Assembly (NCBI RefSeq): GCF_009914755.1 | Contig: NC_060939.1 | DNA length: 64,000 nucleotides | Source of the DNA: the human T2T-CHM13v2.0 reference genome, Homo sapiens | Direction: 5' to 3' (one strand) | Shown here: positions 26,598 through 40,278 of the stretch, in pieces | Layout of the letters: each line of letters starts with the position of its first letter | How positions within the stretch are numbered: the stretch's first letter is position 1 | The notes under the pieces: generated by a model | The model's input: only the letters and a program-made list of their open reading frames with translations | What the model was told of the DNA's origin: nothing | The model's database searches: none | Translations under genes and position numbers: made by a program

Positions 26598-27331
26598 TGT
26601 GTATAGACAGGAGGGAAAGTGGATGTTAATTTTAAATACTAATATTTTTACTAACAAGTCTACTATGGCTTATTTTGCCCATAATATCTTACAAGGGATA
26701 CACAGTCAAAAGACTGTTTTGCAGTTACTTGACATAATTATTCTTCCTGTAGTTATGCTGTCAGCTTGATAGACGGTTTTAGTTTGCTTTAGATTTTTAG
26801 ATGTTGCTTTTTTTTTTTTTTTTTTTTTTTTTTTTGCAATTTCATGTGGTTCTAAAGTGAAAACTACAATAAAAGAAATAGGCAAGTTTAGTTTCCATAC
26901 TTGTTCCCTTCTCCTTGTTTTTCGCCTCTTCCATGGAGAACCATTTTTATTAGTACTAGGTTTATCTTTGTATTATTTTTTAAAAATACGTAGACAATAG
27001 AAAATAGTGTTTTTAAAATAAATATTTCCTTTGTTTCTTACAAAAGATAGCATACTATATACTCTTGTGCTCTTTTTTTTTTTTCACTTTACAATAGATC
27101 CTGGAATTTCTTTTTTCTTTAAATATGTTAGTTTGACCTTTTCTATCATACTAGTTTTATGTCCGTGCCCTTATTCAAGTGCATCGTAGGATATAGCAGT
27201 CTGTTATTAATTACTCTATAAAATATTGGGAGACTTAGTGAGTTAACTATGAGTTTTATTAAATGTCTTTGCTTTGCTTCTCATCATGGAACATGATAAA
27301 TGCCTTTCCTTTTTAAATGTCTCTCTCTTAG

Positions 27332-27395
27332 TCTGAAGGAATTCCTGCCCAAAGAATATATCAAGCAGAGAGGAGCTGAAAAGAGGATCTTTCAG
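27332..27395 (+). CDS. TLN2: Talin-2 coding exon 7 (c.789-852), F2
   Basis: ctcttag|TCTGAAG...TTTCAG|gtattg; (D)LKEFLPKEYIKQRGAEKRIFQ; 64 nt restores phase between exons 6 and 8; below the ORF-track cutoff. Confidence 0.96.
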
Positions 27396-27789
27396 GTATT
27401 GGAAATGTACAGAACTTTATTATTCTCCTCACTCCCCATCCTCATTTATTAGTGTGAGGGGGCCTCTGCGCATGGTAGTTTTATACCTCGTGCCTGTACT
27501 CTGATATAATAAATGATTAGTGACTCAAGAGTATAGAAGCTGACAGTCCTACTTTGGGCAGATTTATTATCTTAATCCATATTTTCTTGCTAAAGGTTAC
27601 CTAGCCCTTCTGAGAAAAATGTGCATACATTTAATTTCAAAGGCATTATCTTGGTAACATTGAAACAAGGTGATAGACTGTTAACATGCATTGAGGAAGG
27701 ATCTACAAGTAGCCTCTTTGTCCTGAGATTTGTTTTTTGAAAGTGGAATTTGGAAATTAGTGCCTTTTAAAAATCCAGAATTATCCTAA

Positions 27790-28314
<525 letters not shown>

Positions 28315-28722
28315 TGAGGATGGATGTTAGAATGACACCTCTCCTGATAAGAACTTTTTCTTGGTATCATTTAAAGTCTTGGCTCTCAACCATTTGGGAC
28401 GTGGAGTCCTTTGACAATGTGATTACAGTTATGGACCCTGTTCCCACCACACTGCATGTGTGCATGGATTGTCACATTTAGTTGTGAAGTAATGTAGGCT
28501 GTTTGGGCTCAAACTCTGGTTTGAAATCCCTGTGTTAGAACTTCCTGCATGCTCTGATCCTTGGTCAGCAGTTGCCTGTGTCATGGAGGGGTCTCAGACA
28601 CAACCATCACTTAATGATCATTCCTAGCCATTTATCTCCACCACATACGGTAACTACCTCTCTCCAAGTCCACCTGCTGGCAGAGATGCAATAACTGGTC
28701 CTGACCACTGTCACTTTTGCAG

Positions 28723-28827
28723 GAGCATAAGAACTGCGGAGAGATGAGTGAGATAGAAGCCAAGGTCAAGTACGTCAAACTCGCACGGTCCCTCCGCACA
28801 TATGGCGTGTCCTTCTTCCTGGTGAAG
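28723..28827 (+). CDS. TLN2: Talin-2 coding exon 8 (c.853-957), F2/F3
   Basis: ttgcag|GAGCAT...GTGAAG|gtgagt; EHKNCGEMSEIEAKVKYVKLARSLRTYGVSFFLVK. Confidence 0.98.
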
Positions 28828-30054
28828 GTGAGTTGGGCAGAATGGGGAGAGTGTTCACCTCGGCCCCTTCTTTTTTCTTTTGTTCAAGCGTTTGCTGTTA
28901 AGCCTGGTTTGTCCTGCTCACCCCCCTAGCATTTGCGGGTGGAACATCTGGCTAGTGCTGACCTGCGTTTAGCTGCCGCACAGGCATGAGGGGTATGACC
29001 TGCAGGCTGGTGAGTGAGCGCTGCTGTCCAGGAGCCCCTGGGCAGCTGGGCTTTGGCTCAGATCACTGTCAAAGCTATAAAGTCCCTGAAGGAGTGAGTT
29101 CACTTTTACTTGTTATTCCTTCTCCTGACAATGTTTCATTTATGACTGTCAAGAGTCCTGTGGACTAAATGAAGGCTCTTCACCACTGCAGACCAAATCG
29201 AATTCATGTGATAAATGCGATGCTTAATTTGTATACTTTAAGACAGGGCTTGGGATTTTACGGCCTTCAGATCTGTTTTCATGGGAATTGTCTGTTTTCC
29301 TACTAGAGGAAAAGAGGCGTGTTTTTGAAATTGTACCTGTGAGCAAGTCCAGGTTGGCCCTTGATGGGTGTCATCTTCACTTGACTGACAAATCCTCTGG
29401 TTATCTTTGTTACCCCTTTGCTTTTCCTAACCTCAGGAAAGTGATACGCTGTTTAGTTGTTTAACTATTAGGTTTCACAGATTTCTGCTTGTTTTGCTTT
29501 GACCCCTTTGGCCTCTCGCCTGGGGCCGTGGAGAAAGCTCTAACTTATAGTCAGTCTTCTTGTGTTGCTTTCTGCAAATGGAAGCAAACCAGCCGTGTTG
29601 CGGCTGCATCCAGGGACTGAAGTAGGAAGGACAAAACTGACCAGACTAAGAAGGTGTCTTTCCCCACAGCCAAAGAGAACTGCAAAAGAAGAAGTTACGT
29701 TGTCCTCTAAGATGTTTTTCTTGACCCCACTCCTCATCGGAGCAAGCTGCCTCATTTGGAGAGAGGAGATACCAAGATGTTATGCATCAGAAAGCCATAT
29801 ACTGCATGCTGATTAGTTATTAATACATTAACCAAACTAGCTCTCAGTTTTACATCCAAAATCGCTGGGGCCTTTGCAATGAAGAACGTATACATCAGTC
29901 ACCTTGTTTTTAAGAAAAATAATTGAGAGGTCGAATCTTTTACATTTAGTGGCAGTTTTAAAAGATCAGTGAGTATTTAAATGGCACTGGTGCCATCTAG
30001 GTAACAGTGACTCCACTTACCAATATTAATAATAACAGCAATAATGTTTAGTAA

Positions 30055-30416
<362 letters not shown>

Positions 30417-31309
30417 TATCTTCTTGTATAAGTGAGAACACAGAGCCCCAGCTAGATCCATTGATTCAGTGGGGGCCATAAGGCTAGTAACTGAAGAAGC
30501 CAGGACTTGAATTCACGTTTCCCTGATTCACAGATGGTGTTCCCAACCTCTAGCTGTACTGCCTTAGCCGGAGTGACCCCATTTGAGAGGTAGTCACCTG
30601 CTTCCACCGTTCTAGCTTCCCATCTGTGCCCTGAACACATGGGGAGATCTGCTCATTTTAGAAGGCGTGCTTTTCATTCATTATTGTGAAGGGCAACCAG
30701 TAGTAGATGAGCTCCAATGCCTTGCAGGGACAAAGATTAAACAAATTTTCATCATGTCCACTGATAATGGCATCAATTTCCATTTATTTTCTTGAGTTTC
30801 CCTGTAGTCCTTTGAGTATTAAATTCATCTCTTGCATTCAGATCATCTTCCATTAATACCATCAGGCTTCACACAGTCAGTTTCAGTGACGTGCTAAAAA
30901 ACTGTTGTGCCTCTTGCATGTAGGTCAGTAAATTTAGGATGATAAAGAACATACAGAAATCTGTAATTAGGAAGAGAAGTTGAACACCAAATTGTAGAAA
31001 AAATAAATTTGTTCTTCAGTGACAATTTGGAACCTAAGAAAAATCGGTCCATGGTCACCAGGATAATTTGAGAGAGAGCAAAGATCTTCTCATTATAGCA
31101 GGGTCTTGCAGGTTTGATCAAACCAAATCTCCTTTTACACAATTATTTAAGGCAAAACAAGAACATGGTAGACTTTTTTTTCCTTTCTTCCTTCCTCCTT
31201 CTTTCTCTCTCCCTTTCCTCTCTTTCTTTCCCTTCTTTCTCTTTATTTTTTTTTAAAAATTACATCTCTTTGAAGAGAAGAAAGGATTAAGAAAGTAGGC
31301 AGCACTTGC

Positions 31310-31312
<3 letters not shown>

Positions 31313-31340
<28 letters not shown>

Positions 31341-31613
31341 GAGACGGAGATTCACCCAGGCTAGAGAGCAATGGCACGATCTCGGCTCACCACAACCTCC
31401 GCCTCCTGTGTTCAAGCGATTCTCCTGCCTTAGCTTCCCGAGTAGCTAGGGTTACAGGCATGCACCACCATGCCCAGCTAATTCTGTATTTTTGATAAAG
31501 ATGGGGTTTCTCCATGTTGGTCAGGCTGGTCTCGAACTCCCTACCTCAGGTCATCCTCCTGCCTTGGCCTCCCAAAGTGCTGGGATTACAGGCGTGAGCC
31601 ACCACCCCTGGCC
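31313..31613 (-). mobile_element. Alu (AluSp-like) with TSD agcacttgcaactt
   Basis: Poly(T), antisense body, flanking direct repeat. Confidence 0.92.
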
Positions 31614-31949
31614 AAGCACTTGCAACTTCTATATACATATTAAATATTCAAATTGTTATTAATTTTATTTTTGTTGCTTTCTACAGTGTTAATAGCACAT
31701 TGCTCACTCCAGTGTTTTGCTCAGTGGGCCCATTAGTATGACATTTTATTTTATAATTGTTTTTAATATAATTTATGTGACCATAGTTTGCCTTATTTTA
31801 AAAGTGGTATAGCTAAAAAATTCAGGAATGAGTCAATATTAAGAATTAATGAACCTGAATCACATCAAGACTTTAAATAAGATGATATCATATAACTATT
31901 TTATATAAAGCCACTAAGGTGTTTGATAAAACTCAACATCCTTTTATTA

Positions 31950-32408
<459 letters not shown>

Positions 32409-32609
32409 TCATTACCCTCTAACATTATTTTGGAAGTTCTGGGAAATACAGTAAAATGAGGGGAAAATCATTGCTTTAGCAAATGAAGGAACAAAATTAC
32501 TATGACTTGTAGCTATGATTATTTATCCTATAACAAGATATACCAAGTCTTTTTTTTTTTTTTTTACTTTTTACTTGGAAATTATTACAGATTCACAAGA
32601 AGCTGTAAA

Positions 32610-33205
32610 ACTAACTCGGAATCAAAAAGTCTGATAATAACAAGTGTTGGTGAGGATATGGAAAAATTGGAACCCCCATAACCTGCTGGTGGGAATGTAA
32701 AATGGTACTGTCACTTTGGAAAACAGTCTGTCATTTCCTCAGTTGATTAAACATAGAAATACCGTATGATCCAGCAATCCCACTTCTATGAATATATACC
32801 AAAGAAAATTGAAAGTGTATATCCACATAAAAACTCACACATATGTGTTCACAGCAGTGTTAGCTAAAAGTAAGAAACAACACAACGCATCACCTGATGA
32901 ATGGGTAGACAATTTGTGGTGTATCCTTACAATGCAATATCATTCAGCCATAAAAAGGAAGTACCGATATATGCTACAACACGGATAAACTTTGTAAATG
33001 TTACGCTAAGTGAAAGAAGCCAGTCACAAAAGACCACATACTATATGATTCCCTTTATGTGAAGTGCCCAGAAGAGGCAAGTCTATAGAGACAGAAAGAA
33101 GGTTAGTGGTTGCTTAAGAGTTTGGTGTGGGAGATAGGGGAATGATGGCTAAAGGGTTCAGGGTTCTTTTTGATGTGTTAAAAATATTCTAGAACTGACT
33201 GTGGT
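32610..33205 (+). mobile_element. L1 3' relic (L1MB-type)
   Basis: aacaagtgttggtgaggatatgg...gctggtgggaatgtaaaatggta...aagccagtcacaaaagaccacata. Confidence 0.8.
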
Positions 33206-34094
33206 TTTAAAAATAACAGTAATACAGAAAGGTCGTATGTGCTCTTCATCAGGTTTCCTCCAATGCTAACAATGGTACAGTAACACAGCCTGTAGAATGA
33301 CATTGATACAATCCACAGACCTTATTCAGAGTTCACCAGCATTACATGTACTTGTGTGTGTTTAGTTCCATGCAATTTTATCATATTTATAGATTTATGT
33401 AACCCCCACCATAATCAAGTTACTCCAGCACCATTTGTTGAAAGTGCTATTCTTCCTCCATCGAGTTACTTTTGCATCATTTTCAAAATCTAGTTCAGCA
33501 CATCTATATGGGTCTATTTCTGGGTTCTTTATTTTGTTCTTGTTCAAATATGTGTCCCTCTGCTAATCACACTGTCGTGATCAACTTTAGCTATAAAGTA
33601 AGCCCTAACATCAGATAAATTCCCTTAACGTTTTTCTTCTTTTTCAAAATCATTTTAGCCATTTTAGGTTTTTTCCTTTTCATATATACTTTCAAACAAA
33701 CTTATCTATGTCTACCAAAAGGCTTGCTGTGATTTTGATAGTAATTGCATGAAATTTATAGATCAATTTGGAGATAATTGACATTTTTATTCTGTTAAGT
33801 CTTTTAACCCATAAACATGATATAGAGAGCCTCCTTGATTGCTTTCAACATTTTGTAATTTTCAGCTTATGGATCCTGTACATGTTTTAACAATATGTAC
33901 ACAATCATTTTAATTTTCAGGTTTATTGTTAAATTGATTAAATTGAGCAAGGAAATTGATAAGACATATGTCAACCATGTGAAATAAGCCCTTAGAGTAT
34001 GTATGTAAAAATTAGCAAAACCATTTAGAGTATATGATAAAAAGAGATCACATGCAGAACAGCATCAAAAAAAAAATTGTATACCTAAGGGATA

Positions 34095-34695
34095 CTTTTT
34101 TTTTTTTCAATAGCTTTTGGGGTATAAGCGTTTTTTTCGTTACATGGGTGAATTATATAGCAGTGAATTATAAGATTTTAGTGCTCCTGTCACCCAAGCA
34201 GTGTACATTATACTTACTGTATAGTTTTTTATCTGTAGCCCCACTCCCACCCTTTCCCTTCTGAGTCTCTAAAGTTCATTATACCCCTGTTTGCGTTTGT
34301 ATCCTCATAGCTTAACTCCCATTTATAGGTGAGAGCATATGGTTTTTGGTTTTCTGCTCCTGTGTTATTCACGTAAAATAATGGCGTCCAGCTCCATCCA
34401 AGTTGTTGCAAAGGACATTATTTTGTTCTTTTTCATGGCTGAGTAGTATTCCATGGTGTATATATGCCACATTTTCTCTATCCACTCATTAGTTGATGGT
34501 CACTTAGGTTGGGTCCACATCTTTGGCAGTTGTCAATTGTGCTGCTATAAAGGTACGTGTGCAAGTGTGTTTTTCATGTAATGTCTTCTTTTCCTTTGGG
34601 TAGATACCCAGTAGTGGGATTGCTGGATCAAATGGTAGATCTGCTTTTAGCTTTTAAGGAATCTCTATACTGTTTTCCATAGAGGTTGTACTAAT
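34095..34695 (-). mobile_element. L1 3' end (L1PB/L1MA-type), antisense
   Basis: catggctgagtagtattccatggtgtatat...gtagtgggattgctggatcaaatggtag. Confidence 0.85.
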
Positions 34696-35296
34696 TGGGA
34701 CAATAAATTTTTTAAAGACATCAGTAACAGATTTCTCAAGCCCTAAACTGAACATTGCATTAAATTGTGAAGGAATTATGCTAATGAAAGCATAATTTAG
34801 GAAGTAAATTAAAAGTTAGTAATTCCACCTTCCCATTCACTACTTTTATAGGATTCTATTAGAAACTCTAAATAAGTAAATGAAATTATAATTAATAATG
34901 ATATTGAACACACCTACTCAAACCCCACAGCCTTGAGATCAGTCATAGATATTTTGAAAGGACTGGTTTCATGTGCTTAGAGCTGCTTACATCATATTTT
35001 CTTTTATGTCTATGAACATTTTGTCCTAATAATCGGTATTAAATTTTATGTCATTGTAATAGAGCGTGCTTGCATGTTGGAGTTGGGAAGATTGGCCTAG
35101 AATCCAGGATGGTAATTTACACCTGTGTGAGGAATAGTAGAAACTTATATGACCTTAGGGAAAGTACCTAAACTCTCTAAATCTCAGTTTCTTCATCTGA
35201 AAAATAGGAATAATTCCTTAAAGAGCTCTAATGACGAGTAAGCGAGCTAATGTATGTAAACAAATGTGGTGACTGGAAAGTAAGGATATTTGATTA

Positions 35297-35578
<282 letters not shown>

Positions 35579-36915
35579 TAGATGATCCCAGTCACTGAAC
35601 TCTTCCCACACTTCCCAACTCCCTGGCCCTAGGGGCAGATAGTAAACATTTCAGGCTTTGCCAATCATGCTACTCAACTTTGCCCCTGTAGTATGAAAGC
35701 AGCCATAGGCAAAATGTAAATGAATGGCATGGTTATGTTTCTACAAAGCTTTATTTTTGGGCTCTGAAATTTGAATTTTATGTAATTTTTCTCGCACAAA
35801 ATATTCCTCTTGGTTTTTGTTTTTAATTTAAAATTGGAAAATTCATTCTTAGCTCTTGGTCCATAAAAAATAAGCCGGATTTAGCATTGGCCATAGTTTA
35901 CCCACCTCCATACAGAGCATGTCTGCGAGTCATATAATGAATTCATATGGAATAGCATTAGGCAGCAGTATTCTCAGTGGCTAGGAAATGTGCTTTGGAA
36001 AAGAAAGACTTCAGTTTGGATCCCGGCTTTGCCACTTAGTAGTTTGATCTTGGATAAGTTATCTTACCTTTCATCTCTAAGCTTCAGTTTGTTCACCTAT
36101 AAAATTGTGACTTTTTATGAGGTTTAAATAAGTTAATACAGAAAAAGGGACTGCCTCATATAAATCTCCATAAATGGGAGCTGTAAATGTCTACATTCTT
36201 CCTTCTTTCATTGCCTTCTTTTGCATTTCATCATGATCTGCTACACCAAAACCCCACAAGCAACAGTAAGGCATTTCCCATGACCAGCATAAAATCTTGT
36301 TTTATTCCAGAAAATCACGTGTAACCCTTCTCACTTCCAAATTTGCCTTTGAAAATTTTTTGCAGACTTACCCAGAGCCTTGAGGTGTTAGATTACCTGG
36401 AGAACAGACCCTCTTCTCCCCTCAACTGTAAAAACACCAGAGAGGGCATTCGGAGCATCTCAGAATCCCAAGTTCAGTCAAAATGGATTGCCAGTCACTT
36501 GCAGGGAGTGAAATGGCTAATAAACAGGGTCTTCAGGTTTGCTCTTGAGCAGCCTTTTTTTCCCATGCCCCTAAAAGAAAGAAATATACTGAAGACAGAG
36601 TAAAACATGCAAACCAGCCCTTTGGCCAAGCCAACCTAGAACTCTAGTGAGCTCAGCTGGATCATGGGGAGGACCCTTTGGGCTTGCGCCATATTGAAGT
36701 GAGGGTCCAGGAGCCAGAAGCTCAGTCCAGTTGCATTCCTCCATCCAGTTCTGGATCTCAGATGTGAGGCAGAGGTGATGCAGAATCAGGCAATCTCTAC
36801 ACCAGTGAAAAGAGCCTGCAGACAGCAGTCTTGATCACAGCTGGCTGCCAGGACTGAACCCGTAGTTTTAGCTGAAATACGTTTGAAAGAGGAGGGCTTG
36901 GGTTTATTAGCGAAT

Positions 36916-37084
36916 CCTGCCTCTCATTGGTAGAATGCCTGCATTCTCCCGCCTCTCATTGGTAGAATGCCTGCATTCTCCCGCCTCTCATTGGTAGAAT
37001 GCCTGCATTCTCCCGCCTCTCATTGGTAGAATGCCTGCATTCTCCCGCCTCTCATTGGTAGAATGCCTGCATTCTCCTGCCTCT
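36916..37084. repeat. Minisatellite, 5 near-perfect copies of a 32-bp unit
   Basis: gcctctcattggtagaatgcctgcattctccc starting at 36919, 36951, 36983, 37015, 37047. Confidence 0.97.
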
Positions 37085-38835
37085 GAGTTACACAAGCTGT
37101 AGACATTTTCAAAACAAAAACAATCTAATCAGGACCATCTTGAGAGAGAAGCTTCTAGATGGCCGTCAAAAATCACAGCTACAGCTCTTTGTGTGTGTTG
37201 GTATATGAGATAGATGGGTCTTCACTGGTGCCTGCTTTAGCCTGCTTTGTCTACTGGAGATAAAAGGAAGCTGGTCTGTGTAGTTGAAGGTCGGAAAGGA
37301 GTGGTTCGGGGGTACTGAGACTTGAGGCATAGGAAGGAAAGAGGGAGCTTTATTACCCTGTGGTCCTCCCGTCACATCCCTGTCACTGAGGCTCTAAGGC
37401 AGGTCTCTGCACCGGGGAAGACCTTGCATCACGATCACAGATCTCAGCCATTTGCTACTTTACCTTTCTCCAGCTGCTCTGCGTTTTGTGTGTAGGTGCT
37501 GAAGTAATTTTATCCCTTGATGGTGGTCTCTGTTGCCAGTTCCAGTATTTTTTGAGTTCCCTCAGCCCCTTTTCCTCAGTTGTGACCTGTTGATAGAGCG
37601 TCCACTGTAAGTTGTTTGTTCACTGTGGCTTCCTCTCCCAATCTGGAATGATCTTGACAAGAATTAGGGCAATCCGTCACGATTCTGTGTTCCCGCACCC
37701 CAGAAGCCCTCACTGGGGAACAGTGCAGATGGGAAAGAATGAAGGAAGCAGCTGCAAACCATATTTTATCTCCAGTCCCCTTCCTGGGTCCCAGAAGCTG
37801 GGATTGTGCCAACCCTGTGTGACTAAATTAGCTGCCTAGAGCCTATCAAGCTAAAACTCTGTGTGGCTCCTGAAGCCAAAGTAGATTAACTGACATTGTC
37901 TGCCCTGCACTGATCTCACCCCTTGTGGAACTGCCCTCTCTTTGAAAAAAATCTGACGCTTGTCAGTGTTTTTTAAGACTTGAGGTTCAGGGAGGAATAT
38001 TCCCCTCCTCAGACACCCAGGTAGATTCCTCATACCATGGTGTCCTCCGTGAGGAAGCTGGGGGTGTGCGGTGACTGTCACCATCTGAGGGTTACCAGAT
38101 GCCCATGGTGAGGGCGGTTGGGGGTGGGTAGGATTTGGCCTTTTCTCTTTTTGCTTCCACCAGAAGACAGTAAACTGCAGTAGACAGTCAGCTTTTGAAG
38201 TCAGAGATATTTTTGAGCTACTCAAATCTATGTTCAAATTATGGCTTTACCACTCACCACTGTTGGCTTTGGTCTCTTCACTTGCAAAGTGAAAAATGAT
38301 GATACCAGTGTTTTGGAGATGCTCTGAAGATTAACAGATGGTGCTTATTAAGTATCTAGTATGTTCCAGCTCTGTTTTATGTGCCATTACCCTGTGTTGG
38401 GTGTGTGTAGACACATCCACAAATGCATAGATACTTTGTGTGAATGTATATATCTAGGCCTCTGAGAATAGCAGTTTAGGTGTTGTTGCTAGGTTTCAGC
38501 AAATATGAGTTGAAAAGGTTTTCCTGACAGCCCTAAAAATACACACTTAATAGTGAAATTTTGGAAATAAGGAAAAGCATGAAAAAATAATATAAAACAC
38601 ATGAGATGTTCAGTGCCTTTTTCATGTAATGGACATAGGCCTATTTTTAAATTTTTATTTCCTCTAAGATTAGGCCCTATATTCTGTTTTTTAATAATAT
38701 ATTATGAATAATTTACTTCCATAAAACCAATTGTTTTTCTACAATATGATTTTTAATAATGTAGGGTAATCTGTTATCTGGATATATCATAATTTATGTA
38801 TCAAGTCCTGTGTTATTGAAAACTTGGATTGTTTC

Positions 38836-38877
38836 ATCTACAGCCATACCACCCTGAATGGGCCTAATGTTGTCTGA
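38836..38877 (+). pseudogene. 5S rRNA retropseudogene fragment (first 42 nt)
   Basis: atctacagccataccaccctgaatgggcctaatgttgtctga vs 5S GTCTACGGCCATACCACCCTGAACGCGCCCGATCTCGTCTGA, 34/42 identical; degenerate TSDs. Confidence 0.85.
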
Positions 38878-40122
38878 AAATTGGGTGGTTTCTAGCTTTT
38901 CACTATGATGTACTGTGGTTGAGCTTCATGTGGCATAATCTTTACACACATTTATAACTTTTTTTTAAACTAAATTTCTCAAAGCTAGCTGTGTCAAAAG
39001 TAAGGACTTTTTAAGGGTTTGGATAGATAGTGACACATTTTCCCCCATGAAGGCTTTGCTATCTTAAGCTTTCATCACTAGTGACCCGCTTCACATCTTC
39101 CTCAAATCTGAGTATTAATTTTAATAAGAAACCTTAGCTATTTTAAGTGAAAACTTATTTGCTTATTTATTTTAAAAACATTTTCTGTTCATATTCTTCA
39201 GCAGTTATTTTGTTGATTTATGAACACATCACATAGACAGTATATGAAGTCTATTGCCATTACATTCATTGTAAATATTTATTGCCCAGTCTTTTTCATT
39301 TTTTATGAGGTTTCTTTAGCTTCTGCTCTCCTCCCCCTGGTCTATCAAAAGTATGTATATTTTGAGTTAAGCATATTAATCGTTTCCTTTATGGCTTCTT
39401 ATGTTGGTGTTTTTCTTAGGAAATCATTTGTCACCCAAGGATCACAAAAATATCCACTTGGATGTTCTTCCTAAATTATTAATCTGTCTCTGTCTTTAAT
39501 TTGTTTTGGTATGAGTGTGAGCTAGGGTTCCATTATTTTAATAGACATTACTATATCTTAAAACATTATTAAAACTAGTTATAAAATAAGTTTTAAGAAT
39601 CAGTAGATATACAAAATTCCAAAACAAAGAATCCAAACAGAAATATATTTCAGAGATTTAAAAAAAAGGGCAGGAAGCTGTGTCTCCTCATAATGAGAAG
39701 ATTCTACTTTGACAGAGTTTTAGTTAAGTTAATTTTAAATCTCAGATTAACCCTTGTTTGTTACTCACTGAGTTGGCCACTGGGAGTGATAGTACCTGGA
39801 ATTCACCTTTGCTTGTTTTTCTCTGGATGTCTTTTCAGTTCTATCCCATCTTTCTGGCATCGTCTGTTTTTGGAGCAAGCTGCTCTCCTGAACAGGGGGC
39901 ATGATTCTGTGGCTCTTTCCAGTCTTCTCATGTCTTTGTTTGAGTTCCCATGCCTTTAGTTTAATGAGTTATTCACCTAGCCTCAAAATCTTGGTTTCCC
40001 TATAGCCCTACCTGTTTTGAAAGACAGTGTATGCAGGTGAAAGGTCAAAAAATCACTGATTCCCTGGCAAAGTCAGATGTATTCAGAAGAAGAGCACTGA
40101 CTCTTGGTATCTCCTGTTTCAG

Positions 40123-40278
40123 GAGAAGATGAAAGGCAAGAACAAGCTGGTGCCTCGCCTGCTGGGGATCACCAAAGACTCGGTGATGCGCGTGGATGAG
40201 AAGACCAAGGAAGTGCTGCAGGAGTGGCCCCTCACCACCGTCAAGCGCTGGGCAGCCTCACCCAAGAGCTTCACACTG
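40123..40278 (+). CDS. TLN2: Talin-2 coding exon 9 (c.958-1113), F3 integrin-binding PTB-like domain; Ser339 codon TCG at 40180-40182
   Basis: tttcag|GAGAAG...ACACTG|gtaggg; EKMKGKNKLVPRLLGITKDSVMRVDEKTKEVLQEWPLTTVKRWAASPKSFTL; Ser here (Cys in talin-1) supports TLN2. Confidence 0.98.

Noticed and set aside
36916-37084. 32-bp palindromic repeats resembling a CRISPR array
   Set aside because: Units are head-to-tail with no spacers, there are no cas genes, and the context is a primate intron; it is a minisatellite
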